Origin: Peribolospora baueri
Taxonomy: Eukaryota
DNA length: 20,497 bases
Direction: 5' to 3'
NCBI GenBank assembly: GCA_029717555.1
Contig: JAMDHS010000089.1
Coordinates: forward strand, 62,001-82,497
The first letter of the stretch is position 1; every line of letters starts with the position of its first letter. The notes under the pieces were generated by a model. The model searched no databases. It was given only the letters and a program-made list of their open reading frames with translations, and was not told where the DNA came from. Shown one piece after another: positions 9,515 to 19,419 of this stretch. The position numbers and the translations under genes are program-made.

Positions 9515-12500
9515 TCACGCAAGCTCCTCGCCAGGCGGCACTTCGGCATCGACGACAAGTTCTCCCTTCTCCGTCAGCCTCGCGCCTTCGGTCGTGCTCG
9601 CAATCTGGCGCGCCCGGTTCGCCGCGTCCTCAGCCCTGCCGATGCCGAGGTAGTCGTCGGGCATCCAGACCGGCGTCTGCGGCTTCTTTGCTGCCGGGTG
9701 GTCGAATGCCTTGTCGTCCACGTCGTCCTGACCCTTGCCGCCGCCGCCGCTCGCCGCCTTGTCAACGCGCCCTTGACGGCGTTCCGGGTCCGCGCGGGCG
9801 GCCGCGGCGACGAGCGGATCGAGCGACTGGCGGTTGTCGTACGTGCTGTGCAGGGACAGCGCAGCTCCGGGCGGGCTCGTCGACGGCGAGGCGGTCGTGA
9901 AGGTGGCCATCGCCGCCGCGCCCTGGCCTTTCTTGTAGTCGGCGTCGGCGTCGGCGTCGGCGGCAGCCTCCGCGTCAAGCTGCGGGGCGACGAGAGAGAG
10001 GGGCAGATAGTCGAGGAGGTCGTCGTACGAGTTGTTGAGGATGACGTGGAAGCCGATGGTAACCACGATAAGGACGACGGTGAGGGCGCCTTCGGCGACC
10101 GCCGACTGGCTCCCGGTAGAGTCCTGGGCGAGGAAGAAGAGCGCGGCGAGGCAGACCTCCATGACGTAGAGGGCGACGAAGATGTGCTGGATCGCCTTGG
10201 GGAAGAAGCGACCGCCCTGTGTACGCGGGGAGAAGAGACGACATGAGCCTTCCCTTCGCTTCCGTCTACCGCGCGCGCCAGCCGCGCCCACTCACCGTCT
10301 CCTTGGAGGGAGGCATGTCATACACGTAGAGGAAGAGGTACTTGTACAGGATGTAGAACAGCCCGAAAGCTGGCGGCGCGACGGGGGCGAGAAAGAAAGA
10401 TTGAGCACGACGGCAGATGGAACGGAGAGGACGGGCACTCACTGGCGACGCAGAAGCCGTTGACGACGGGGGCAATGATCATGTATCCGATGCCAATCAT
10501 AGTGAGCAGGGTGACGGTGGGGAAGAGGGTGCCCCACGCGACAGAGCCCATATCGTGCTCGATATGCCAGACGCTCCGCGGCGTCGAGCCGAGAAGGAAC
10601 TTTTTAACGTAGTACACGACCAGAGGGCCGATTTGGAGGAGGCCGCCGGCGGTGCCGGAGAGGCCTTGGAGGAGAAGGAAGGTGAGGAAGTAGATGGAGG
10701 ACCTGGGTAGGTTGCCTGCGAGGAGCGTCGCCGCCTGGGTCGGGTTATCTTTGAGCTGCTTGGCCACGGTGGTGAAGCCGGAGGCGAGGGTGAGGATGAG
10801 GAAACCGTTCTGGAGGGATGAGGGAAGGGTCAGGATGGGTGTTCATTATGCACGGAATCGAAACAGCCGACGAGTACTCACGAGCACTTGGTGGAAGTAG
10901 AACCGGTGCATGAGCGCGAGCTCAAGGCCGTTGTACGTGGGAATGCCACCGAAGCGGGCGAAGACTGTTCGGAAAAGGGCAAAGAAAAGTCGACGAGAGC
11001 GGAGACGCCGGTGAAGTGAGCAAAGGCGCGGTCGGTGAACACGACACGGCGCCGACACTCACGCCTGAGGATGATAGGGACGAGCATGTTGAGGACGGCA
11101 AAGGCGACGGGGGGCAGGACACCAGAGATGATACCAGAGACGACGGCGGGGGTAGAGCATAGCCAAGCGAGCCACGGAGCAGTGCTACAGAGGGTCTTGA
11201 CGTTGGACACGAGACCGACGAACGCGACGGGGATGGCCCAGAAGCAGACGAGGGCGATCGAGGCGGCGAGGCCGGCGGTCGAGCGGAGCTTCTGTTCGTA
11301 CGGGTTCATGTTTAGGTTACCCCAGATGACATCGTCCGGGGCGACCTCGATGTAGTGGCCGGCCATGTTGTACGGCTTGTGGTGGGCGAGGCTGCGCGCG
11401 GCAAGGTGGGCGGCGATCTGGGTGTTGAAGAGGATGAACACGCTGTTCTGCGGCGGGTACTCCTTGACGTCGGTGGCCAGCTGAGTGCGCTTCTCGTCGA
11501 GGAGCGCGTTGAGCCGCGGCACCTCCTCGCGCGCCCAATCGATCGTGTCTACCTTTTGTCCCATGCACGGGATTTTGCCAAGCCTGTGCGTGGGGCGCTC
11601 CTTCTTGGGCACGACCTGATCCACCAAGCCGGCGTTCTTCTCCAAGTTGGCCTGCGCGTCGCTGGGACGTTGAGCCTTGCCCTTCTTGACGAGCTTGTGG
11701 GCGAGCTTGATGAGTTTGTTTTCGGCCGCTTCGAGCTTGCCGACGGCCTTTTGGCGGTCGTCGTAAATGTCCGGGATCTCCTTGAGGTCGCGGTTGAGCC
11801 AGATCTTGCAGACGCCTCCGGGCAGGTTGCTGAACATGGCGGTGAGCTTGGGAACGGAGAGCATGTCCTTGGGCACGCCGGTGAAGAGGACGGACCTGGC
11901 CTGGGCGGTGCGGGCGTGGGCAGGGGAGAGGAGGTACTCTTGGCGGAGGCGGACCCAGCGGGACATCTTGACCTTGATGTTATAGAACATCCAAACTGGC
12001 GGGTAAGAGGGATATGGATGGGGGGTAAGAAGGATATGGATGGTCAGGGTCGGTCGACAGGCAGCGTGGTGGTGGTGGACGGGGACTCACAGACGAAAAA
12101 GTACACCAAGATGAGGTGGGCGGCGTAGCGAGCCTGCTGGCGCTTGGCCTTGTTGACGTTTCCAAACGTGAAGAGGTCCAAGCCGCTGAGGTTGTTGGTG
12201 GGGCGGACGGCGTCGACGGGGAAGAGGACGGCCCATGAGACGAGCCAGACAGGGACGAAGATGCGGAGCATGAGATCGAGAAAGTCGAGGAAGACGTAAG
12301 CATCCAGGCCGTTCTTGGCGATGATGTCAGTCGCGGGGGCGTTGATGAAGGCGGGGATCCAGCCGAAGATGGACTTGGGCAGCGGTGCTTGACGTCGACT
12401 GGAGTGCGGCAGGTAGGACTTTGGCTCGTAGATCTTTGCGAACCTGGGGCGGAGGAGGAGGAAAGCGGCGATCTCGACGCTGGCGACGACGACGTTGAAG

Positions 12501-12655
12501 ACGAGGGAGGTGACAAAGGTGGCCGTGGAGGCGGTGACGGTGTCGTTGGACGACTGGGCGAGGGCCGGGGCGGGGAGGAGGAAGGCGGCGGCGAGGGCGA
12601 GCGGGAGGAGCGAGGGCGCTGACCCCGCGGGCGGGCCGGGTGCACGAGGCGTCAT
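9515..12655 (-). CDS. CSC1/OSCA1/TMEM63 (DUF221; Phm7/Rsn1-like) osmo/mechanosensitive cation channel. Exons 12655-12091, 11995-11063, 10964-10882, 10809-10443, 10369-10296, 10216-9515
   Basis: Family motifs: LRPRFAKIYEPK, FGWIP, KNGLDAYVFLDF, VLFPVD, GLDLFTFGNV, ARSVLFTGVP, RPTHRLG...GQKVDTIDW, FILFNTQIAAH, PDDVIWGNL, FWAIPVAFVG, LLAGNLPRSSIYF, GIGYMIIAP, YKYLFLYVY, ETGGRFFPKA and AFDHPA...PVWMPDDYLG. The five GTGAGT-AG introns keep the frame. Confidence 0.95.
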
Positions 12656-13077
12656 GGCAGCGTTTGTTGTGGTGAGGTGCGCTGGAGGGAAGGAGGAAGA
12701 GGGCGAAAGATAGAAAAGAGATGGTGGTGGAGTGAGCGCAGTGAGCGAAGATGGTCGTGATATGACTGTATGCGCGACGTGAATGCGCGTCACGGGTCAA
12801 TGCGCACGCACCTCTACCGCACTGACGACGTCGCGGGGTTGAGGGTTAGTCGAGGAGAGCGAGGTCGAGGTCGAGGTCGAGGTCGTCGGGACCTTGCTTC
12901 GGGTGGTGGTCGGGAGGGGGAAGGAGGTGGGGGAAGGAGGGGGTCTATGTGAGGGGGCACAGATTTGTTTCGGCGACGGGCGGAAGAGAGAGAGAGAAGA
13001 ACAAAAGGAAGGTTGTGGACGATTGCAAGACGATTCCGACGCTTGCTTGCTTCCACGCCTCCATCCTCCGTCTTCAT

Positions 13078-13184
13078 CCATCCATCTACAGTATCTATCT
13101 ATCCATCCGTTTGTCCATCCATCTGTCCATCTGTCCATCTGTCCATCTGTCCTTCTGTCCTTCTGTCCTTCTGTCCTTCTGTCT
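13078..13184. repeat. Compound microsatellite (ccat)/(ctat) grading into the 8-mers ctgtccat/ctgtcctt, in the divergent CSC1-carrier intergenic region
   Basis: Read directly. Confidence 0.85.
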
Positions 13185-13929
13185 GTGTTTGTCTCATTCC
13201 TGGCAGACACGCCCGTTCGCTGTTAGGATGGTGAGACACAGCGACGGGTGCGACTTCCGGTCACAGTCAGATCAGGCCCATCCGTCAGTCAGTCACCGTC
13301 CTCTGACCAACCCTCCGCCGTCACCTCTTACGGGTGCGGACGGGTGGATGCATGCCTGCCTGACGCCGCGCCCGATATGCACGCGCTTGGGCTTGCTTCC
13401 TTCAGCTGGAGGCTTGGGTGCGCTGCGGAGCATCACGGTGACGGCGCTGGAAGGCGCTTAACATAAGGCTACGGCTACGGCTACGCGAGTGCCAGTGTGA
13501 AATACATCAACAACATGGCCGCCAAGCACCTCAAGTGCCGAGGATTCCACTACGGCCACCCAATGAGTCCGGCACGACGACGACGCTCCACCGCCGCGCT
13601 AGGGCTCACTAACGTCACCGACTCGCCTCGACCAACGCAAGTAGAGAGAAGGAGAGCCAGCCCACTTGCATCCATCTTTTCCCCGCCATCGACGTCATCG
13701 CCGGCCTCGTTCACACTGAGTTCGGAATGTATCCTATGCTCCCGCGACGGCTGAATACCGACTACGGACCCTGTGTCGTCACTCTGGCGCACGTGACCGG
13801 CGTCTGTCCCCGTGCCCGCCCGCGTCGGACGACCCAGCGGACCGGATCGACGTCGCGACCATAAGTCGAACCTACATCGTCGACGTCGACGTCGAGCACG
13901 ACCACCGCGACGAGCCTTTTCGCTCGCCA

Positions 13930-16010
13930 ATGCAGTCCGCGGGCGATTCTGCCCCACCCCGTGAGCACACATCGTCCCGCGTCCGTCAACGGAGACCAGC
14001 ACCGGTTCCCGCTCGGACCAACCAACTCTGCATTCGATCGATCGACCGCACTCGATCGGCGCACTCGCTGACCGGTGGCCTTGCGGGCTCGCTCACTGAC
14101 CTCTCTCGTCTGTCCGCCCAGGCACGTCGTCCGCCTCCGCGTGGACAGACTTTGTCGCTGGCACGGCAGCAGGTGAGCCGGCCAGGGCAGCCAGCGCGCC
14201 CACAATCGACCTCCTCGACGCGATCGCGTCGCGTCGAGCCCCCAGCCGTCCCGGTCGGCTCACAAGCGCCCCTTTGCCTTCTTCTTCTTCCAGGCATCGC
14301 CGGTCTCGTCGCAGGCCATCCATTTGACACGTGAGCCCACCACCTCTTCCTTTTCCTCTTCTTTCGCTCCTCCGCCCACCCGCTCCCATCCCTTCCCTCC
14401 GCAGCGTCAAGACCCGTCTGCAATCGCCCTCCGTAGCGGGCCGCTACACCGGCGCGAGGGATGCCTTCCGCATCATCTTCCGCGATGAAAAACTCGCCGG
14501 GCTGTACAAGGGCATCACTTCGCCGATGGTGAGTGCCGGTCCGGTCTCGGTGGACGGAAGTGCTTCGTCGTCCTCGCAACCCAAGGGCGACCGTCCCATC
14601 GCCTCCTCTTCCCCCTCTACCAGCTCGGCGTCGCAGCCATGAACGCCTCCGTCTTTGGCATGTACGGCCTCCTCCTCCGCTGCCAGGGTACGAGCGAGAG
14701 TAGCAAAGCCGGTCTCGGACAGGTCATGCTCGCCGGCATGGCCAGCGGTGTCGTCTCCGCGTGAGTCGCTTTCCCCGCTTTTTATGGTCGCCTCGGCTCG
14801 CGCTTGACGCTCTTTCCCCTTCGCCCGACTCGTACGCTCCCGTGCCCCATCTCCGTGCGCAGACTCATCACGACGCCCATCGAGCTCATCAAAATCCGCC
14901 AGCAGAATGTCATCGACACCGACCATGGCCATCTCACGACGGCGCGGAGGCAACGCACTAGCGGAGCGAGGACGATCGACGTGGTGCGCGACATCGTACG
15001 CAGGCACGGTGTCAGCGGCTTGTGGAGGGGATTGACGGCTACTGCTCTGCGCGACGTGAGTGCCTGCAATGCCACTACCGGGCCCACTGATAGACCATCG
15101 AGCTGACCCCATCCGTGTGCTTTCTCTTCTACGTCCTTTTGGAATAGCTCGGCTACGGACCCTACTTTGTCGGTGAGCTCGCACCTTCCTTCGCTAGAGC
15201 AAACCGATGGATGACTTACGATCCCCATTCTCCCCTCCTCAGCTTACGAAGCCATCTGCCGCCTCTGCCTCTCTCTCCACGCCGTCTCGCCCGCGCACGT
15301 CCTCCCGTCCTCCTCCACTCACGCCCTCCCGTCCTCCCCCACACACGCCCTCTATGCGTCCGAGCCCTCGGTCTCCGTTTCCTCCTTCACCCCTTCCGCC
15401 ACGCCGTCTTCGTCTTCGCCTCCTTATCTCACCCTCACCCCGCTCGAGCTCGCCGTCGCCGGAGGCCTCGCAGGTGTCGTTAGCTGGACCGTCACGTTTG
15501 GCATGGACGTCGTCAAGACGCGCGTGCAGGCTGCCCAGCCGCCCTCGTTATCCTCGTCGTCCTCGTCGTCGTTGGCTGGTGTGCGGGTACTGGACGAGCG
15601 GGGACGGTTTATGACGCCCACCGCTGCCGGTCAGAGTCACAGTAATCAGTCCCTTAGCCGAGCCTCCTCTCCGTCTTCCCTACGACCAGGACGACGAAGG
15701 GAAGCGACGCCCCGCCCGCGTCCGCTCGGATCGGAGACGCTGGCGACCGCCTTGGAGAGCTATAGGAGAGGCGGCTGGAGAGTCTTTTTTACCGGGTGGA
15801 CGACGACCGTTGTCAGGTGAGTTGCGGGGGCTGTCATAAATCACTTGGTCTTGCCCATCATCATTATATAGGATTCTGACCGCCCCTTCCTCTCTCCCCA
15901 TTTGGGCGTCCGGCACGGTTACGGGCGACGACAGAGCGATCCCCGTCAACGCAGCCACCTTTGTCGTCTTCGAGACCACCGCACGCTTCCTGCGAGATGT
16001 TAGCTCGTAG
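13930..16010 (+). CDS. Mitochondrial carrier (SLC25), amino-acid/carnitine-type subfamily (SLC25A29/YMC-like). Exons 13930-13960, 14122-14172, 14294-14330, 14405-14528, 14624-14760, 14863-15055, 15148-15172, 15243-15816, 15935-16010
   Basis: Three repeats: DFVAGTAAGIAGLVAGHPFDTVKTRLQ...GLYKGITSPMLG; LAGMASGVVSALITTPIELIKIRQQ...GLWRGLTATALRD; AGGLAGVVSWTVTFGMDVVKTRVQ...FFTGWTTTVVRAIPVNAATFVVFE. RD at contact point II is typical of amino-acid carriers. All intron phases are consistent. Confidence 0.93.
15296..15352 (+). repeat. 24-bp in-frame tandem repeat in a carrier loop (HVLPSSST HALPSSPT HAL)
   Basis: cacgtcctcccgtcctcctccact / cacgccctcccgtcctcccccaca / cacgccctc. Confidence 0.8.
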
Positions 16011-16833
16011 ACAAGAACCGTAGTGGTGCTATCCAACCCACGTGCATGGCCGCATACGTACACACATAAGTACATACATAGACTCCGCGCAGGACCTCGA
16101 ATGAAAGAAAAATATAGAAATGACGGTTACTTTGCCGGCTGCAGTCGAGTTGATCATAAACTGCGTGCGACGGAACAACGGCAGCGTATCGGGGTTGGAG
16201 GTTGCTGTTGGAAGGCGACGGCGGCGGGCCAATATTCTCCTCTTTGCGGCTACTCACAGCCTTCTTTCTTCGCATGAGCTAGGGTTTAAATCGACTACGT
16301 TATTAAACCACATCGGGATCATGCTTATTTGCGCTCTTTGCTCCACGAGGTTCGATCCCGTTTTGAATTCATATTTGGTTTACGGTTCATGTGCCTTCCT
16401 TTACATAAGATTTCTAAAATGGTGACCCGTGCTTACGGATATCTGCGGAATCTAGGAGGTTACGGAGCACGCGCGCCTACGTGTACGGTAAACTCGCTCA
16501 CGCAACGCCAGCTTGCGGAGGTGGCACATCGCCGCTATCCTTATTAATAATATAGATTATCCGTTACTCATATCACAACCATCATAACAATTTCGCTTGA
16601 TGCCCACGACCTAATTGTCATACTAATAAATATTAGGCTTAATGTAACGTACTTCTTTATAATGTTTTGTAAACAACCAGAGGCCACACGCTCTCCACTA
16701 GTCGCAATCCCGAGCCCTCGCCCACCAAAAAAGATGCCCGTACGAGCCTGGTGGTGATTTTTTTCTTCTTTTCTTTTTAAAAAAAGCCCGGGGTGGCTTG
16801 GCGGTCATTTGAGAATAATAAAATGTATCGTGG

Positions 16834-17062
16834 TGGGAGATCGAGCATATCCTTGACAGTCGCATCCACCGCCGTCGTCTTCAGTACTTAGTCGAATGGG
16901 TCGGCTACGGTCGCGAGGAGCGCGCTTGGATCTAGGCCGATGACCTCGATGACGACGCACCCCTTGTCCTCGAGTTCCACTCTGCTTACCCTGACAAGCC
17001 TGTACGTCCACCTCCTCGTCCCACTCCATCTAGTCAGTCTCGCAGCGACCCTAAAGGGGGGG
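16834..17062 (+). mobile_element. Ty3/Gypsy chromovirus relic: pol C-terminal chromodomain and polypurine tract
   Basis: Reads WEIEHILDSRIHRRRLQYLVEWVGYGREERAWI*ADDLDDDAPLVLEFHSAYPDKP with an in-frame TAG at 16933-16935. The PPT aaaggggggg (17053-17062) directly precedes TGTCA. 5'-truncated, with no RT or integrase core upstream. Confidence 0.9.
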
Positions 17063-17278
17063 TGTCATGAACCTGGCCCAAGCGCACCCGGTCTTTATAG
17101 CCAAGCCATGGTGCGGGGCGCCGCATAGAAAGAAGGACGGCACGTGCCAGGAAACTGCGGATGGGCACGTGATGGTGTCCGTACTGGAATTCCGGGCGGC
17201 GCTCTCTCTCGTCCCTAGGGTCCTTTATCCGTTCCAGCTTCTCCTTCCTGTACCCAGCCCCTAGTTTCGTCCCTGCAA
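17063..17278 (+). mobile_element. 3' LTR of the chromovirus, 3'-truncated, with an internal inversion (17092-17191)
   Basis: First 24 nt match the 19121 LTR at 21/24. 17209-17248 matches 19237-19276 at 37/40 in direct orientation. 17091-17124 matches the reverse complement of 19188-19221 at 30/34. Confidence 0.9.
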
Positions 17279-17551
17279 AAGCGCTTCCAACACCTCGGCC
17301 ATCTGGATGACCTCGAGGCTTCCAGCTCTAACCAGCGCAAAGCGCTCGACCTGATGCTGACGGGCATCCCAACTGGCCCGTGCTCCTTAACAGCCTTGGC
17401 AATGCGCTGCACATGCGGTACCGGCGCCTCGGCGATATGGACGACCTCGAGTTCTATCTCGAACCTGCGGCGGGCGGTCGACCTGACACCCGACGCGTAT
17501 CCCAAGCGGCCCAAGCATGTCAGTGACCTGGAAAATGCTCTGCAAACTCGT
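17273..17551 (+). pseudogene. Fragment of about two TPR-like repeats of the type found in fungal CHAT-domain (caspase-like protease) proteins, with two frameshifts
   Basis: LQKRFQHLGHLDDLEASSSNQRKALDLM/DGHPNWPVLLNSLGNALHMRYRRLGDMDDLE/SISNLRRAVDLTPDAYPKRPKHVSDLENALQTR, with shifts at ~17357 and ~17452. Matches the recalled repeat 'RF..LG...DLE.AI....AV.LTP..HP......LGNAL'. The CHAT domain itself is absent. Confidence 0.8.
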
Positions 17552-18205
17552 GCCGGTCTCATGGAGGGCGTACGATCTTGTCAGTTCATGAAAGGGGGCT
17601 CGGCGCATACAACAAATAGTTAGCAGACTTGTGTTTTCTATTAGTTTTCCAGCGAGTGCTAACAAGAGATTGTGACAGAGGGTGAGGGTGTGCGTGGGCG
17701 GAACCGGTCGATAAAACGAGGTTTTTCGAACACCGAGAGGACAGTTGACAATGCCAGCCGAAGGAAATATCGACAGATCCTACTTGTCTTTGCAGCTATC
17801 ATGCGCATGGCCGGCTGAGAAGACTAAGTGCGACGGACGAGCAGCATCCAATCTTGGCGAGAACGAAAGGGAGTCGCGGCGTGCGCTGCACGGGAGGTTG
17901 ACCCGTGGACGCGGAGCAGCGCGTTGTTCGGAGTGAGCGACGAAGGCCGGAATCCCACAACACCGCAAAGCCTCGACTGATGCCGGCCCTGTTACCGTTC
18001 AATCTAACCCTATGTGATGTGAGTACAGTACAGTAGGCGATATCTAGAGTCCTGAGTTAATCTCGCGTATGTCGTAGAAAGCACCGCACAAAGGTCGATG
18101 TGAGGTGGTTCCAGCAAGAGCCACCTGTTAGTTCTTGAGGATGATACACGTTACGTGGAGAGGACACGTCGGCGCCAACTCCCTTTGACCACTTCCTTGC
18201 ACTTC

Positions 18206-18695
18206 TGTTATGGGCACACGTCCGTTACCCTAACCCAACGCCGGAGCACTCTGTTATGGGCACGCGCCCACTAGCGCCCACACACCAGCCGCTGCGGCCG
18301 AGACATGGTTCGCGGTCGCCCACGGACCGCGATATGCCTTCCTTTTCCTCTCTCACACATGAGATTCCTCATCTACTTCCCAGGTCTCCTACCAATCTTC
18401 TTCTTTTCTCTCCTTCCTTCTTCCTTCTTTTCCTTCTTTTACACCGTCCTTCTGGTTACCCCGCGCTGCCTTCCTAGCACATGCTAGTAGACTGGGATGC
18501 GTGCTGTCCTTCTGAGGCTGTGCAGCTGTTGCTCTACCAGGTGTAGAGTATATAAGAGCGTGCGGGGACGTGCCTCCTCCTGGGAGGCCCACATCTTTCC
18601 ACCACCTCAGCATCCACCCATTGAATTTAGCGTTTTCGCTCTCCATCTCTCGTCGATCCAATCTAGCCTACTCGGCGTTTGGTATCATATCAACA
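18206..18695 (+). mobile_element. LTR-like sequence of a second family (TGTTA...CAACA) with a duplicated 5' start
   Basis: TGTTATGGGCAC at 18206 and 18252, a pyrimidine tract, TATATAAG at 18549, and an end ...tatCAACA (18695) about where the adjacent APH-like relic breaks off. No TSD and no second copy in the window. Confidence 0.45.
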
Positions 18696-18965
18696 CATAG
18701 GTGAGGTGGACGATGAAATGGACGATCTGATCGAGCATTTTTTCAACGACGTCGTCTCGCGAAGGGGCTCCTTGCGGAAGTCGATCATGCGGCCGGGCAT
18801 CCAGTCCATGAGAAGGAAAGGGGAGCGGACTGAGGCTCCGTGTCTGTCGAAATGACGGAGCCTTGGATTGGAAAGGGAGGGAAAGGCGTGGTAAGCATAC
18901 TCGAGGAAGGCGGCTTCGGTGGGAGATGGACTCGTGCGCGAAGATTGGCGAGGGCGGCTCACTGC
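18696..18965 (-). pseudogene. APH/choline-kinase-like phosphotransferase N-lobe fragment, frameshifted and truncated
   Basis: PPSPIFAHESIS/TEAAFLEYAYHAFPSLSNPRLRHFDRHGASVRSPFLLMDWMPGRMIDFRKEPLRETTSLKK/MLDQIVHFIVHLTY. Resembles the fungal APH pattern 'E.A.L.Y......P.P....D.......PF.LM.W.PG......K.L.Q'. The inferred shifts lie in a C run and an A6 run. Confidence 0.65.
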
Positions 18966-19120
18966 CGAGGGGTGTCGGAGGAGTGGGACATCGTTTGGAG
19001 TTGGAGGTGGTAGTGGTTGAGGTAAAAGAATGAAAGAAGAACGAAAGCGGTCGCGGAGGAAGGTGAGGAAAGAGGGGTAGTGGAAAGGGTAATGACAGTT
19101 GAGATGCGGTGGACAATAAG

Positions 19121-19419
19121 TGTCACGAACTTGGCCCAAGCACATTCAGTATTCCATCACGTGACCGTCGTGCTTGCGCTGTCTTGCGCGGGGCCCCGCG
19201 CCATGGCTGGTCTATAAAGACAGGCGGTACTCCTCCTCGTCCCTCGGGCCCTTTATCCGTTCTAGCTTCTCCTTCCCTGTGCACACCCTTTAGCTCTGTC
19301 TTTGCAATCCTGGTTCCTGTCCTATCGCCGTCGTCACACGCCTCCCCTGCCTTCTACCTTGGGTAGCCCCCGCGCGGCCTGCCTCGGCCCTCCTAGTTCT
19401 CCTAGTTGCGTTCTTGACA
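19121..19419 (+). mobile_element. Solo LTR (299 bp) of the same chromovirus family, with 5-bp TSD ATAAG
   Basis: Termini TGTCACGAAC...GTTCTTGACA (9/10 inverted repeat). ATAAG at 19116-19120 and 19420-19424. TATAAA at 19213. Homologous to the PPT-flanked LTR at 17063. Confidence 0.93.

Noticed and set aside
1070..16010. NPP, FAO, CSC1 and carrier as a functional gene cluster
   Set aside because: Unrelated housekeeping-type families, no shared regulatory motif seen, and the carrier substrate is not established.
16345..16362. GGTTCGATCCC B-box/T-loop, as a tRNA or SINE
   Set aside because: No proper T-stem, acceptor stem or upstream A box.
18001..18240. ctaacccta and taccctaaccc (also 7282-7306 and 9250-9260) as a telomerase RNA template or telomere
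   Set aside because: Isolated short matches with no tandem array and no supporting structure that I could identify.
18680..18690. TGGTATCA as a tRNA-Met primer-binding site
   Set aside because: Only 8 nt match, not preceded by an LTR CA end, and no gag follows.
17063..19419. The two related LTRs as ends of one element carrying TPR/APH cargo
   Set aside because: The left copy follows a PPT and chromodomain (a 3' LTR), the right copy has its own TSD on both sides, and the two are clearly diverged.
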